From contig CAWGJT010000010.1 of the NCBI GenBank assembly GCA_963822965.1, forward strand, positions 480,001 to 544,000: a stretch of DNA of 64,000 nucleotides, written 5' to 3'. Positions 10,378 through 20,833 of this stretch are shown here, piece by piece. The stretch comes from an uncultured delta proteobacterium. GTDB lineage: Bacteria; Myxococcota_A; UBA9160; UBA4427. A program made the position numbers and the translations under genes. The stretch's first letter is position 1. Every line of letters begins with the position of its first letter. Below the pieces are notes generated by a model. That model had not been told where the DNA came from. It worked only from the letters and a program-made list of their open reading frames with translations, and did not search any database.

Positions 10378-11695
10378 GGTGCCTCCTGCCGGGCTCGAGG
10401 AAGCGGACCTCCCGGGACAGGCCGTGCGAGCGTCCCGTCGATCGGCTCGACCACGAAGCGTACCCGATGCGAATCGCTCGGGAGACAGCGTCCTCGCGCG
10501 CGATCACGAACACCCGGGCCTCCCGGGCGCTCACCGCGGGAACCGTGATGGGGTTCATGCCCGGCGACCAGCTCGAAGTCGCCGTCCGGCTCGATGCCGG
10601 ATGCGGAAGCGCCGCTCCTCGCCGCTCGCGGTTCTCGACCTGCAGGGTGAAGGCGTTGCCGACGCGCCCGTCGGCCGTCGTGGTGTAGAGGGACTCGCGG
10701 TTGTGGACCACGTCAGGCCCATGGGCTCGCGCAGCGCGAGCAGGGTCGCGAAGCTCGCGACCGCCGCGGCCGAGCAGGGCGCCGTAGACGAGCACGCGCG
10801 GCCGAGCCAGCCGCAGCCCGGCCCAGCCGGAGAGGCCCGCCAGGGTGCGGTAGCCGATCAGGTTGCGCGGTCGGCCGAGCCGCTCCATCACGCCGTTGCA
10901 GGCGTCGATGCACTGGGTGCAGGCGATGCAGTCGAGCTGCAGGCCGTCGCGGATGTCGATGTCGCTCGGGCAGACGACCACGCACAGGCCGGCAGTCCAC
11001 GCAGTCGCCCGTCGTGGTGCCCCGCTTGCCGCGCGGCTCGCCGCGCTCGGCTGTCGTAGCCCGACGACGAGGGTGTCCCGATCGAAGAGCACCCCCTGGA
11101 AGCGCGCGTACGGGCACAGGAAGCGGCAGAAGATCTGGCGCATGAAGACGAAGTCCAGGTAGCGCCAGGGTCGACGCGGCCAGCAGGAACCCGACGGCGA
11201 CCGGGATGCATGGTCCCGGCGCGAGCGTCGGCGATCATCGCGTAGGGCGAGAGGAAGTAGCCGACCAGGTGGAAGCCGATCACCAGCGAGAGCGACGAGC
11301 CACACGCGCGTGGGTGAGCGCGACGCGCCAGACGGCGACGTGCCGCGGCGGCGTCGTGCCCTTCCAGCCCTGGATGCGCCTCGCGATGCCGGCGAAGAGG
11401 TCGGTGAAGACCGTCTGCGGGCACGCCCAGCCGCACCAGAGGCGCCCGAAGAGCGCCGTGAAGAAGAAGAGCGACGAGGGCCAGGCCGATCACCACCAGC
11501 CACAGGAAGTAGAGCTCCTGGGGGAAGATCACGAGCCCGAAGACGTGGAAGCGGCGCGCCGGGACGTCGAGCAGCACCAGAGGCTCGCCCCCGATGCGGA
11601 TCCACGGGATCGCGAAGAGGATCGCGATCAGGACGACGTCCGCGCGCGTCCGCAGCGAGCGGAAGAAGCCCCTGGACGGGTCGCGCGTTCAGCAT
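10374..11695 (-). CDS. ccoG: cbb3 accessory ferredoxin protein CcoG (frameshifted)
   Basis: LLDVPARRFHVFGLVIFPQE, WCGWACPQT, CPYARFQ, CVVVCP..DIRDGLQLDCIACTQCIDAC. Confidence 0.88.
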
Positions 11696-11714
11696 CGCCG
11701 CGTTCGTCCGGTCC

Positions 11715-12288
11715 TCAGCTGCCCGGGGTTCCGGGAGCCGTGTAGCCGGGCGCGCCCACACCGGGCTCGTCGCTCTTCGGGCAGCGTCTCCACGTAGGCC
11801 AGCACCTTCCAGATCTTCTCGCTGCCGAGCACCGGCCCCCACGGCGGCATGCCCAGCGGGCGCCCGCCGGAAACCGTCTCGAAGAGCTCGGCGTCGCTGT
11901 GGCCGTACTTCCAGTACGGGTCGACCAGGCTCGGTCCCACGAGCCCGCTGGCGTCGGGCTTGTGGCACGCGACGCAGATCTCGGTGAACACCTTCTGGCC
12001 CTCGGCGATGGCCGCGGGGTCGCCGTGGTAGGGGTTCACGTCGGGAAGCTGCTCGCGCACCGCGGCCGCGCGCGCTTCGGCGAGCAGCACCTCGTCCTCG
12101 TACTGGCCGACCTGCGACCAGCCCGAGAACAGGTAGTAGGGGATGTAGACGACGCCGAACACGATCGTCCCGAAGAAGCGTGACGGTGAACCAGCTCGGG
12201 ATCGGGTTGTCGTCCTCGCCGGATGCCGTCGCGCGGCGCGCCGTCCGCGCTGGGGTACTCGGCGATCTCTCCGTCGCGATGCGGTCAT
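11715..12288 (-). CDS. ccoP: cbb3 oxidase subunit III CcoP, single-heme form (frameshifted)
   Basis: EDDNPIPSWF N-terminal motif, CVACH, GPSLVDPYWKYG, GMPPW. Confidence 0.85.
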
Positions 12289-12453
12289 CGGACCTCCTCC
12301 TGCGGATCGTCGTCCTCCAGCATGCGTCGGGCCGGCTCCTCCAGCTGCTCCTTGCGGGAGGGCACGAAGAGCCAGATCGCGATCCCGAGCAGGGTCGAGC
12401 GCCAGGAACGCCAGCCGCGCGAACTTGTACAGGCCGGCCCACTCCTCCATCAC
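12285..12453 (-). CDS. ccoQ: cbb3 oxidase subunit CcoQ (frameshifted)
   Basis: Small TM protein ...[28 protein letters not shown] between ccoO and ccoP. Confidence 0.75.
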
Positions 12454-13166
12454 GGGCGCCCCTCCGCGCCATGCGCGACCGGCGTGCTCGCGGCACCGCG
12501 CGTCCCAGCGACTGCAGGTAGGCGATCACCGCGATCGCCCTCGCTGCGCGCCTGCACGTCCGTGAGCTCGATGCCGTCCTTCCGCAGCGAGGCGGCGACC
12601 GTCTCGGCCTGCGGCGAGCGCGTCCCGGGCGCCGTTCTCGATCTCGGTCTCCGAGTAGGGGTGGCCGAGGCGCGCCAGCGTGCGCATGCGGGCCGACGTG
12701 AGCGACGTGTCGAGCGGCGTGTCGAGCAGGAACTCGAACGAGCGGCATGTTCGAGCGCGGCTCGATGTTCCGGGGGTTCTCGCAGGTGGAGCCAGTGCCA
12801 GGAGTCGGGGTACTTCTTCCCGACCCGGGCGAGGTCCGGACCGGTGCGCCGGGAGCCCCACAGGAAGGGACGGTCGTAGATGCCCTCGCCGGCCATGGAG
12901 AAGGGGCCGTAGCGGTCGGTCTCGGTCTTGAACGGGCGCACCTGCTGGCTGTGGCAGACGTTGCAGCCCTCGCGGATGTAGATGTCGCGCCCCTCGAGCT
13001 CGAGGGCGGCTGTAGGGGCGCACGCCCGGCGATGGGCTCGATGGTGCCCTGCAGGAAGAAGGGCGGGACGAGCAGACAGACGCCGCCCACGCGTGACGGC
13101 CAGGAACGTCAGGACGGTGAGGCGGATCCAGCGTGCCTCGATCGCGCGATGCCACTCGTGGGCCAT
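12450..13166 (-). CDS. ccoO: cbb3 oxidase subunit II CcoO (frameshifted)
   Basis: [44 protein letters not shown]. Confidence 0.92.
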   Translation of the reverse strand: MAHEWHRAIEARWIRLTVLTFLAVTRGRRLSARPALLPAGHHRAHRRACAPTAALELEGRDIYIREGCNVCHSQQVRPFKTETDRYGPFSMAGEGIYDRPFLWGSRRTGPDLARVGKKYPDSWHWLHLREPPEHRAALEHAARSSSCSTRRSTRRSRRPACARWRASATPTRRPRSRTAPGTRSPQAETVAASLRKDGIELTDVQARSEGDRGDRLPAVAGTRGAASTPVAHGAEGRP

Positions 13167-13168
13167 GG

Positions 13169-14622
13169 CTAGCGACCTCCCGCCACGGCGCGGCGCCGCC
13201 GCGAGGTCCGGCTCGGGCGCCTCGGCGGTGCCCTGCCGGATCGTCATCAGCGACGTTGTAGAACATGACGAAGACGCCGGAGAGGAAGACCGCGCCGCCG
13301 AACGGCGCGGATCACGTCGTAGATGCGGATGGCCGCGACGCTCTCGATGAAGGTGTAGGCGAGGCTGCCGTCCGGGTTCACGGCGCGCCACATCAGGCCC
13401 TGGGTCACGCCGGAGATCCACATCGGCGTGACGTAGAGGATGATTCCGAGCGTCGCGACCCAGAAGTGGGCCTCGGCCAGGCGCACGCTGTAGAGCTGCG
13501 TGTGCCAGAGCCGCGGGATCATGTAGTAGAGCGTGGCGAAGCAGGTGAGCGCCACCCATCCGAGCGCGCCCGAGTGCACGTGGCCGATGGTCCAGTTGGT
13601 GAAGTGCGAGAGCGAGTTCACCGTCTTCACGGCCATCATCGGACCCTCGAAGGTGCTCATTCCGTAGAACGTGAGGCCGACGGCGAACATCTTGAGGATC
13701 GGGTCGGTCCGCACCCGGTCCCAGGCGCCGCGCATGCGTGAGCAGGCCGTTCAACATGCCGCCCCAGGAGGGCAGGATCAGCATCACGGAGAACGCCGTG
13801 CCGAAGGTCTGGGTCCAGTCCGGAAGCGGCGAGTAGATCAGGTGGTGGGGGCCGGCCCAGATGTAGATGAAGATCAGCGACCAGAAGTGCAGGATCGAGA
13901 GGCGATGGGAGTAGATCGGCCGGTCGATCTGCTTCGGCAGGAAGTAGTACATCAGGCCGAGGATCGGCGTGGTCAGCAGGAAGCCCACGGCGTTGTGCCC
14001 GTACCACCACTGGATGTTGGCGTCGTAGACGCCCGCGTACATCGAGTACGACTTCCACATGGAGACCGGCAGCTCCATGCTGTTCACGATGTGGAGCATG
14101 CCGATGGTCAGGATCGTGGCGATCCAGAACCACACGGCGGCGTACAGCCCCTTCTCGCGGCGCCGGGCCAGGGTGCCGAACACGTTGACCGCGTAGACGA
14201 CCCACACGACCGTGATGGCGATGTCGATGGGCCACTCGAGCTCGGCGTACTCCTTGGAGGTGGTCTTGCCCAGCGAGCAGGCTGACGGCGGCTGCGACGA
14301 TGATGGCGTTCCAGCCCCACAGGTTGATGCGCGAGAGCGTGTCGGAGAACATGCGCACCCGGCACAGCCGCTGGATGCCGTAGTAGCTGCCCGCGAACAC
14401 CACCCCCAGCGTGAAGCCGAAGATGACGGCGTTGGTGTGCAGGGGCCGGATGCGTCCGAAGTGGAGGTACGGGCCCCAGTTCGCCTCCGGCCACGCGAGC
14501 TGGATGGCGGCGAGCAGGCCCACCATCATCCCCACGATCCCCCACACGAGGGCGGAGATCGCGAACCCGCGCACCACCTGCATGTCGTACTGCTCGACGG
14601 CCTCGCTCCGTCCCGATGTCAC
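13169..14622 (-). CDS. ccoN: cbb3 oxidase subunit I CcoN (frameshifted)
   Basis: [45 protein letters not shown]. Confidence 0.95.
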
Positions 14623-14877
14623 GAGCACCTCCCTCGACTCTCTTCCGGTGGTCCGTCTCGAGCTTCTCGCCCGGCCCTCCGGGGCGAGGGCAACCGCCGC
14701 AAGTGCACGAACGGTGCCGAGATGGAGATGTGTTCTCGCTGTCCCTCGCGCGGGCCCATGGTGCGTTTGGCCCCGAAAGTAGTGGAAATGAGTCACCTGG
14801 ACCCACCGATCGGTCGGCAGCCTCGGCATGATTCCGAGAGGAGCGGGTCCCCGCCCGCCGTGGCATGCTCGCCAGCC

Positions 14878-15357
14878 ATGAGGCACACGGGCTGTCGTTG
14901 GAGGGGGGCCGCCACGACCGCGTGGCGGATCGGTCTGGTCGGGCTGGGGATCCTCGTGGGCGTCGCCGTCGGCGGGTGCTCGAACGGCGTCTCCGGCCGG
15001 GTGCGGAGCGCGACGTACCCGCCGGACTTCCACTACATCACGCGCGAGAAGCTGACGTCGACCATGTGGCAGCTGGCCGACCTCGTCACCCGCCTCGACC
15101 ATACCCTCCGCGACGCCCAGGAGTCGGACACGGCCCGGCGCGGCCAGGCGATCCAGATCCTGCAGTCGATGGAGGCGGCCTCCCAGGCGTTGGGCCAGGG
15201 GGGATGGCCCTCCAATCATCCCCGGGTCAGCCGCAACATCGAGAGCTTTCGGGAGTCCGTGCGCGCCGCGAAGCGGGATCTCGAGCTCGACCCGCCCAGC
15301 TACTTCCGTGCGGGAAGCATCTCCGGTGCCTGCCTGCACTGCCACCAGGCGCCCTAG
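14878..15357 (+). CDS. Lipoprotein with C-terminal heme site (cytochrome c'-like)
   Basis: Lipobox-like VGGC, helical body, C-terminal CLHCH. Confidence 0.7.
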   Translation: MRHTGCRWRGAATTAWRIGLVGLGILVGVAVGGCSNGVSGRVRSATYPPDFHYITREKLTSTMWQLADLVTRLDHTLRDAQESDTARRGQAIQILQSMEAASQALGQGGWPSNHPRVSRNIESFRESVRAAKRDLELDPPSYFRAGSISGACLHCHQAP

Positions 15358-15362
15358 GACAA

Positions 15363-15460
15363 GGGCTCGCGAGAGGAGGAGGGCTCGCGAGAGGAGGAGG
15401 GCTCGCGAGAGGAAGCGGGCTCGCGAGAGGAAGCGGGCTCCGCGAGAGGAAGCGGGCTCC
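15363..15460. repeat. 18-bp tandem repeat, about 5.4 copies
   Basis: GGGCTCGCGAGAGGAGGA x2 then GGGCTCGCGAGAGGAAGC x3 (last with one extra C), between convergent genes. Confidence 0.9.
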
Positions 15461-15474
15461 CGAGCCGGGGCGCC

Positions 15475-15786
15475 TCAGGCGCAGCGCACGCAGACGTCCG
15501 TGGCGGGCATGGCGACGAGTCGCTTGTCTCCGATCGGCTGCCCGCAGCGTGCGCACGTCCCGTAGTCGCCGGCGTCCATGCGGCGGAGGGCAGCGCGGAT
15601 CAGCTCGAGCTCGGCGTGCTCGGCGCTCCCCAGCTGCTGCAGGACCTCGACGTTCTCCGCCTCCGTCGCGTACTCCTCGAAGTCCCGGGCGGGCTCGCTG
15701 CGGAGATCCGATTCGATCCTTCCGGTTCTCGAGACGAGCACCCGTCGGCGCTCCTCCAGGTGCCTGCGCGTGGCTTCCAGATCCAT
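15475..15786 (-). CDS. TraR/DksA family C4 zinc-finger protein
   Basis: Coiled coil followed by YGTCARCGQPI...RL.AMP...CVRC. Confidence 0.9.
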   Translation of the reverse strand: MDLEATRRHLEERRRVLVSRTGRIESDLRSEPARDFEEYATEAENVEVLQQLGSAEHAELELIRAALRRMDAGDYGTCARCGQPIGDKRLVAMPATDVCVRCA

Positions 15787-15947
15787 CCGGCCTTCTCCTC
15801 GGGGCGTGTCCCCGCAACCCGGTCGAGGCTCGCGGCAGCGTCGGGGCGTGTCAAGGGCTCCCGGGCCGGGGCGCTCCGTCGGGCCGGGGCGCTGCTCGCC
15901 CCGGCCAGACGCATTATCGTTCCGAGCGTCCGCCAGGGAGGTGACCC

Positions 15948-16493
15948 ATGAAGCCCGAAGAGTGTGTCCTCTACAGCGGTGCCGCCAGCGGCGCCGAGTC
16001 CGCGTTCGGCGAGGCGGCGGAGCGCCGCGGGATCGAGGAGGTGAACTTCACGTTCGAAGGGCACAACGACGCGCGCCGCCGGGGCATCCGGGTGCTGACC
16101 CACCGCGAGCTCGAGCAGGGGGACGTGAGTCTGGCGTACGTGTCGAAGCTCATGCACCGGCGCTATCGCGACACCCCGCTCTTCAAGAAGGTGCTGCAGA
16201 GCATCTGGCACCAGGTGAACAGCGGCCAGGAGATCTACGTGGTCGGCAAGATCCTGGACGACGACACGGTGAAGGGCGGCACCGGCTGGGGGGCCGAGTT
16301 CGCGAAGCTGTGCAACAAGCCGCTCCGGGTGTTCGACCAGGATCGCGACGGCTGGTTCGAGTGGACCGCCGAAGGCTGGGCGGAGTGCACGCCGACCATC
16401 ACCCATCCCCGCTTCACCGGGACCGGCACCCGATTCCTCGAGCGCAACGGGCGCGATGCGATCGAGGAGCTGTTCCAGCGATCCTTCGCGTAG
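15948..16493 (+). CDS. Conserved hypothetical protein, SLOG-like
   Basis: SGAASGAE and GGTGWGAE glycine motifs; GGAGG RBS; coding-like composition. Confidence 0.6.
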   Translation: MKPEECVLYSGAASGAESAFGEAAERRGIEEVNFTFEGHNDARRRGIRVLTHRELEQGDVSLAYVSKLMHRRYRDTPLFKKVLQSIWHQVNSGQEIYVVGKILDDDTVKGGTGWGAEFAKLCNKPLRVFDQDRDGWFEWTAEGWAECTPTITHPRFTGTGTRFLERNGRDAIEELFQRSFA

Positions 16494-16711
16494 GCCCGTC
16501 GTGGGCTCCCGTCCGGGGCGAAGCGCCCCGAAATTCGAGAACCTGGGGCGGAAGTCCGCGGCCACCTTCCGCTCGCGTCCGCCGATCCGCGCTCGCAACG
16601 CGATGAAGCGGCGCTCGCGCCCCGTCCGCCGGCGCGCCGCATGGGCATCCGGGTTGCACCCCTGGATCGCGGAGACGGGCGGAGGTCGAGGCGTTCGGAG
16701 GATCGGATCGG

Positions 16712-18247
16712 ATGTCCAGCTACCAGTACGAGCGCCTCTCGGGCCAGGACAACGACTTCCTGCTGTGGGAGACGCCCGAGCTGCCGATGCACGTGGCCAG
16801 CACCAACATCTTCGACGCCGGCCCCCTCCGCAACGCGTACGGCGGCATCGACTTCGAAGCGATCAAGCGGCTCACCGAGTCGGTGCTGCACCTGATCCCG
16901 CGCTATCGCCAGAAGATCGCCTGGATTCCGGGGGAGAAGCACGCGGTCTGGGTGGACGACGACCACTTCAACCTCGACTACCACTTCCGGCACACGAGCC
17001 TCCCCCGCCCCGGCACCGACGCCCAGCTCAAGACGCTCACCGCACGGCTCATGGAGCACTCGCTCGACCGCGCGCATCCCTTGTGGGAGACCTGGGTGGT
17101 GGAAGGCCTCGAAGGAGACCGCTTCGCGACGGTCAACAAGATCCATCACTGCATGGTCGACGGTGCGTCGGGGATGAACCTGTCGGAGCTGCTTCTCTCG
17201 CGGACCGCCGAGCGCGAGGTCCACCCGGCGCCCGGGTTCATCCCGCGGCCCGTGCCGTCGCCGGAGGAGCTGCGCAGCGACGAGCGGATCCGGAAGCTCA
17301 CCCTGCCGCTGCGGCTGGGCCGCGACGTCCTCGGCTTCGTGCGGGAGACCCCCGACGTGGTGGGCGAGCTGACGCACCGGGCCGAGCAGCTGGCGGGCCT
17401 GGCGCAGCGCAAGCTCTTCCCCGTCTCGCCGACGCCGATCAACGGCACGATCGGACCCCACCGCGTCGTGGACTGGTGCGAGATGGCCTTCGCCGACGTC
17501 AAGGCCCTGCGGCGCACGCTCGGATGCACGGTCAACGACGTCGTGCTCACGGCCGTCACCGGGGCGATCCGCGGGCTGATGCAGCGCCGCCAGGTGAATC
17601 CGGTGCGGCTCGACTTCCGGGTCAGCACGCCCGTGAACGTGCGTCGGGAACGCGGCAGCCAGGAGACCGGCAACTACGTGTCGTCCTGGGTGGTCCGGCT
17701 GCCGCTCGCCCTCGAGAAGCCGCTCGATCAGCTGGAGGCGATCCGCCGGACGACCTCGTCGCTGCGCGAGACCGACGAGGCGGGCGCCGTGAAGTTCGTG
17801 ATCGGCATGCTGGACGCCCTGGGGCTGAGCGTTCAGGACCTCTCGGTGGGCACCATGAACGCCATCGTGACCAACGTGCCGGGCCCGCCGTTTCCGCTGT
17901 ACATGCTGGGAGCCGAGCTGCGGCAGATGGTGCCCATCGCGCCGCTGATCGAGAACCTGGGCCTCTCCATCGGGGTGCTGACCTACAACGGCAGGCTCCT
18001 GTGGGGGTTCAACGCCGACGCCGATCGCATTCCGGATCTCTCCGACTTCCGTCGCGCCGTCCAGGACGCGTTCGCACGTCTGGCGGCCGCGGCCGGCGTG
18101 CGTCTCGGTGAGACGCCGCTGCTCGAGGCCGGCAGCGCACCGGAGGTGGACCTGCCCGCCGGCGAGTCGCCCGAGGCGCGGGCGCCGGGACGGGCCCGAC
18201 GGGAGAGCGCGCCCGCGCGGGGCGGAGGGGCCTCCGGGGCCTCCTGA
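16712..18247 (+). CDS. Wax ester synthase/diacylglycerol acyltransferase (WS/DGAT)
   Basis: HHCMVDG catalytic motif, TVNDVVL, TNVPGP. Confidence 0.92.
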   Translation: MSSYQYERLSGQDNDFLLWETPELPMHVASTNIFDAGPLRNAYGGIDFEAIKRLTESVLHLIPRYRQKIAWIPGEKHAVWVDDDHFNLDYHFRHTSLPRPGTDAQLKTLTARLMEHSLDRAHPLWETWVVEGLEGDRFATVNKIHHCMVDGASGMNLSELLLSRTAEREVHPAPGFIPRPVPSPEELRSDERIRKLTLPLRLGRDVLGFVRETPDVVGELTHRAEQLAGLAQRKLFPVSPTPINGTIGPHRVVDWCEMAFADVKALRRTLGCTVNDVVLTAVTGAIRGLMQRRQVNPVRLDFRVSTPVNVRRERGSQETGNYVSSWVVRLPLALEKPLDQLEAIRRTTSSLRETDEAGAVKFVIGMLDALGLSVQDLSVGTMNAIVTNVPGPPFPLYMLGAELRQMVPIAPLIENLGLSIGVLTYNGRLLWGFNADADRIPDLSDFRRAVQDAFARLAAAAGVRLGETPLLEAGSAPEVDLPAGESPEARAPGRARRESAPARGGGASGAS

Positions 18248-18270
18248 GCCGGGCGAATGGGACGCGCGCT

Positions 18271-19458
18271 CTACGGGCGCGCGTCCGCGCAGCGGATGGC
18301 GGCCGTCGCCATCTGGGCGGTGCGCAGGTCGCCGAACGGGGTTCCCTGGCCGCTGTTCACGATGAGCCCGACGGCGAGCCGCCGTCGCGGATCGGCGAAG
18401 GCGCCGCTTCCCCCGAAGCCGTAGTGGCCGAAGGCGCCGGGCGGGCTGCCCCGGGTGGTGAAGGCGCGGTGGAAGCCCAGGCACCAGCCCATGTCGATCG
18501 GCCAGGGGAATGCGTGCCGGGTGCGGGCCTGGGGCTCGGTGGCGCGACGCACGGTCTCCGGCGACAGCAGGCGCACGCCGTCGATCTCGCCGCCGCCCGC
18601 CAGGGCCGCGTACAGGCGCGCCAGGGAGCGGGCCGTGAACAGCCCGTTGTGCGACGGCATCGCCGCGCGCAGGGTCTCCACCGCCGAGAAGTCGAGGGAG
18701 CCGAGCCCGCGCGGGGCCAGCTCCAGGATGCCGCCGACGTGGGTCTCCACGCCGACCCGCGCGAGCAGCCACTGCAACGCGGACGCCGCCTGCTCGACCC
18801 GGATCCCCGCCTCCATCCGGAAGCCGTTCTCCGGCACGATCAGGCGGGCGGCGCGCAGGACCGCCGCGTCCGGAGCGCCGATGTACAGCCCGTCCGCCTG
18901 CAGCGGCGCCGCGATCTCCGTCTCCACCACCTCCGAGAAGGGCCGGGCGGCGACGCGCTGGACGATCTCACCGACGATGAACCCGTAGCTCAGGCCGTGG
19001 TATCCGCTGCGCTCGCCGGGCGGGTGGACGGGACGAGCCCGCGCGATGGCCTCGGTGACGTACTCCCAGTCGAGCATCTGTTCCGCGTGGTCGAGCATCT
19101 GCCGCAGGTGGTACAGACCCGACTGGTGTGCCATCACGTGACGGACGGTCACGCCTTCCTTGCCGGCCTGCGCGAACTCGGGCCAGTGCTTGGCGACGGG
19201 ATCGTCGTAGTCCACGAGGCCGCGGTCGACCAGGATGTGCAGCGCCGTGGAGGCGACGCCCTTCGTGGTGGAGAAGCTCGGCGCCATGGTGTCTTCGAGC
19301 CAGGGCGAGCCCCACTCGTCGCGCTCGCCGCCCCACAGATCGACCACCTTCTCGCCGCGGTGGTAGACGCAGACGGCGGCACCGCCCCGATTGCGTGAGA
19401 GCTGTCGGCGCAGCGTCTCGGCGACGCGTGCGAAGTCCGGGTGCAGGGTTCCGTGCAT
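18271..19458 (-). CDS. Beta-lactamase-family serine hydrolase/esterase
   Basis: FSTTK (SxxK), GYHG, FGHYGFGGS. Confidence 0.88.
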   Translation of the reverse strand: MHGTLHPDFARVAETLRRQLSRNRGGAAVCVYHRGEKVVDLWGGERDEWGSPWLEDTMAPSFSTTKGVASTALHILVDRGLVDYDDPVAKHWPEFAQAGKEGVTVRHVMAHQSGLYHLRQMLDHAEQMLDWEYVTEAIARARPVHPPGERSGYHGLSYGFIVGEIVQRVAARPFSEVVETEIAAPLQADGLYIGAPDAAVLRAARLIVPENGFRMEAGIRVEQAASALQWLLARVGVETHVGGILELAPRGLGSLDFSAVETLRAAMPSHNGLFTARSLARLYAALAGGGEIDGVRLLSPETVRRATEPQARTRHAFPWPIDMGWCLGFHRAFTTRGSPPGAFGHYGFGGSGAFADPRRRLAVGLIVNSGQGTPFGDLRTAQMATAAIRCADARP

Positions 19459-19674
19459 GTCTGACCCTCGTCGACGAGGGGGGATCGCAAGTGGAACGCA
19501 TCGGCCGGCAGTGCGCCACTGCCCGGGCTGGCGGTCGTGCCGCGCAACCGGGCGGGGCTGGGGCGAAATGGCACGAACCGTGTCCCCGGACCGTCCGGTG
19601 TCGCCGGAATCCACACTCAAGAGCATCCTGCGTGCAGCCGATCGGCAGGGCTCCAGGCAGAGGAGGGCTCCACC

Positions 19675-20430
19675 GTGCCCGAGCCGGTTCGACGCGACGT
19701 GCGAACGCCGCTCCGCGCAATGTCCGCGGCCGCGATCGTGCTGCTGCTGGTGGCACCCGGTGCTCCGGCGCAGGTCCGTGATCTCGATGCAGAGCCCGAT
19801 TCCGTCGACTCGGTCACCGTGGGGCCCGAGCGCATGGACGAGGCCCATTCCGAGGGCATGGACTCCGGACGACCGGGCTCGCTCGATTCGTCCATCGAGG
19901 GCACCGAGCAGATCGCGCCCCGGGACACGGGCTCGGAATCCATGGACGCGCGTACCGAGGGCTCGGAGGTCATCGAGCCGCGCGACCTGGGTCCCTCGAG
20001 CATCGTGGGAAGCGATCCGGTGGAGCAGACGAGCGCCCAGCGTCTCGAGGCTGCGCGCGCCGCCCTGCGAGAGGCGCAAGCGCGACACGAGCGCATCCGC
20101 ATCCAGGCCGGTCCGGCGGCCGTGGCGCCCGACGCGCCTGCTGCGTCCGAGGACGCGGGTGACCGCTGGGCCGAGTGGAGCTCGCGCATCCAGCTGGCGC
20201 GCGGACGGGTCCAGGTCGCGAAGGCCCGGGTGGACGTCCTCGACGACGCATACGCCCACATGATGCGGGACGACTACCCGCGCGGGGCCGACCGCCAGAA
20301 GCTGATCGACGAGCTCCAGACCGCACGGGAACGCCTGGCCGCCGAGCAGAGCCACCTGCCGCGCCTCCTCGAGGAGGCGCGCCGGGAGGGGGTGCCGCCG
20401 GGAATCCTCGAGGTGCAGGACGGCGACTGA
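19675..20430 (+). CDS. Secreted hypothetical protein with acidic repeats and a coiled coil
   Basis: AGGAGG before GTG 19675, signal peptide, acidic low-complexity region, helical C-terminus. Confidence 0.6.
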   Translation: MPEPVRRDVRTPLRAMSAAAIVLLLVAPGAPAQVRDLDAEPDSVDSVTVGPERMDEAHSEGMDSGRPGSLDSSIEGTEQIAPRDTGSESMDARTEGSEVIEPRDLGPSSIVGSDPVEQTSAQRLEAARAALREAQARHERIRIQAGPAAVAPDAPAASEDAGDRWAEWSSRIQLARGRVQVAKARVDVLDDAYAHMMRDDYPRGADRQKLIDELQTARERLAAEQSHLPRLLEEARREGVPPGILEVQDGD

Positions 20431-20450
20431 GGGTGGTCCGAGGCGTCCCG

Positions 20451-20786
20451 CTACCCGGGCCCGCCGGATGCGAAGAAGACGAGCAGGGTGAGGTCTTCCT
20501 CGATCTCGCAGAACGAGTGCTGGGCGCTCGCGGGCACGTAGAGCACCGAGCCCGGCCCCACGGTCCGCTCCGCTCCCTCGATCCGGACGCGCGCCCGTCC
20601 CGACACGACGTAGTACACCTCGTCCTCGTCGTGCGGTGCCTGCAGGTCCTTGGCACCGGGTGCGAGCGAGTAGATGCCGCAGCTCAGCCTCGGCACCCGA
20701 AGGAACTCGCGGTAGGGTCGGCCCGACGCGCGCCGGGCCTCCATCTCGGCGTCGAGATCGAAGACTCGCCAGCCGTCCGCCGCCAT
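20451..20786 (-). CDS. Cupin domain protein
   Basis: PHDEDEVYYVVSG...GSVLYVPASAQHSF. Confidence 0.85.
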   Translation of the reverse strand: MAADGWRVFDLDAEMEARRASGRPYREFLRVPRLSCGIYSLAPGAKDLQAPHDEDEVYYVVSGRARVRIEGAERTVGPGSVLYVPASAQHSFCEIEEDLTLLVFFASGGPG

Positions 20787-20833
20787 GGGCTGTACCTCCC
20801 TTCCTCCTCGCGATCCCCGGCGCCGCTCCGTCC

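Noticed and set aside
15363..15460. Possible CRISPR array
   Set aside because: Units are contiguous with no unique spacers and no cas genes are present; the same applies to 43518-43611.
16494..16711. Intergenic hairpin CGGGGCG-AAG-CGCCCCG and a short antisense reading frame
   Set aside because: Single copy, not matching the repeat family, and no recognisable protein or RNA motif.
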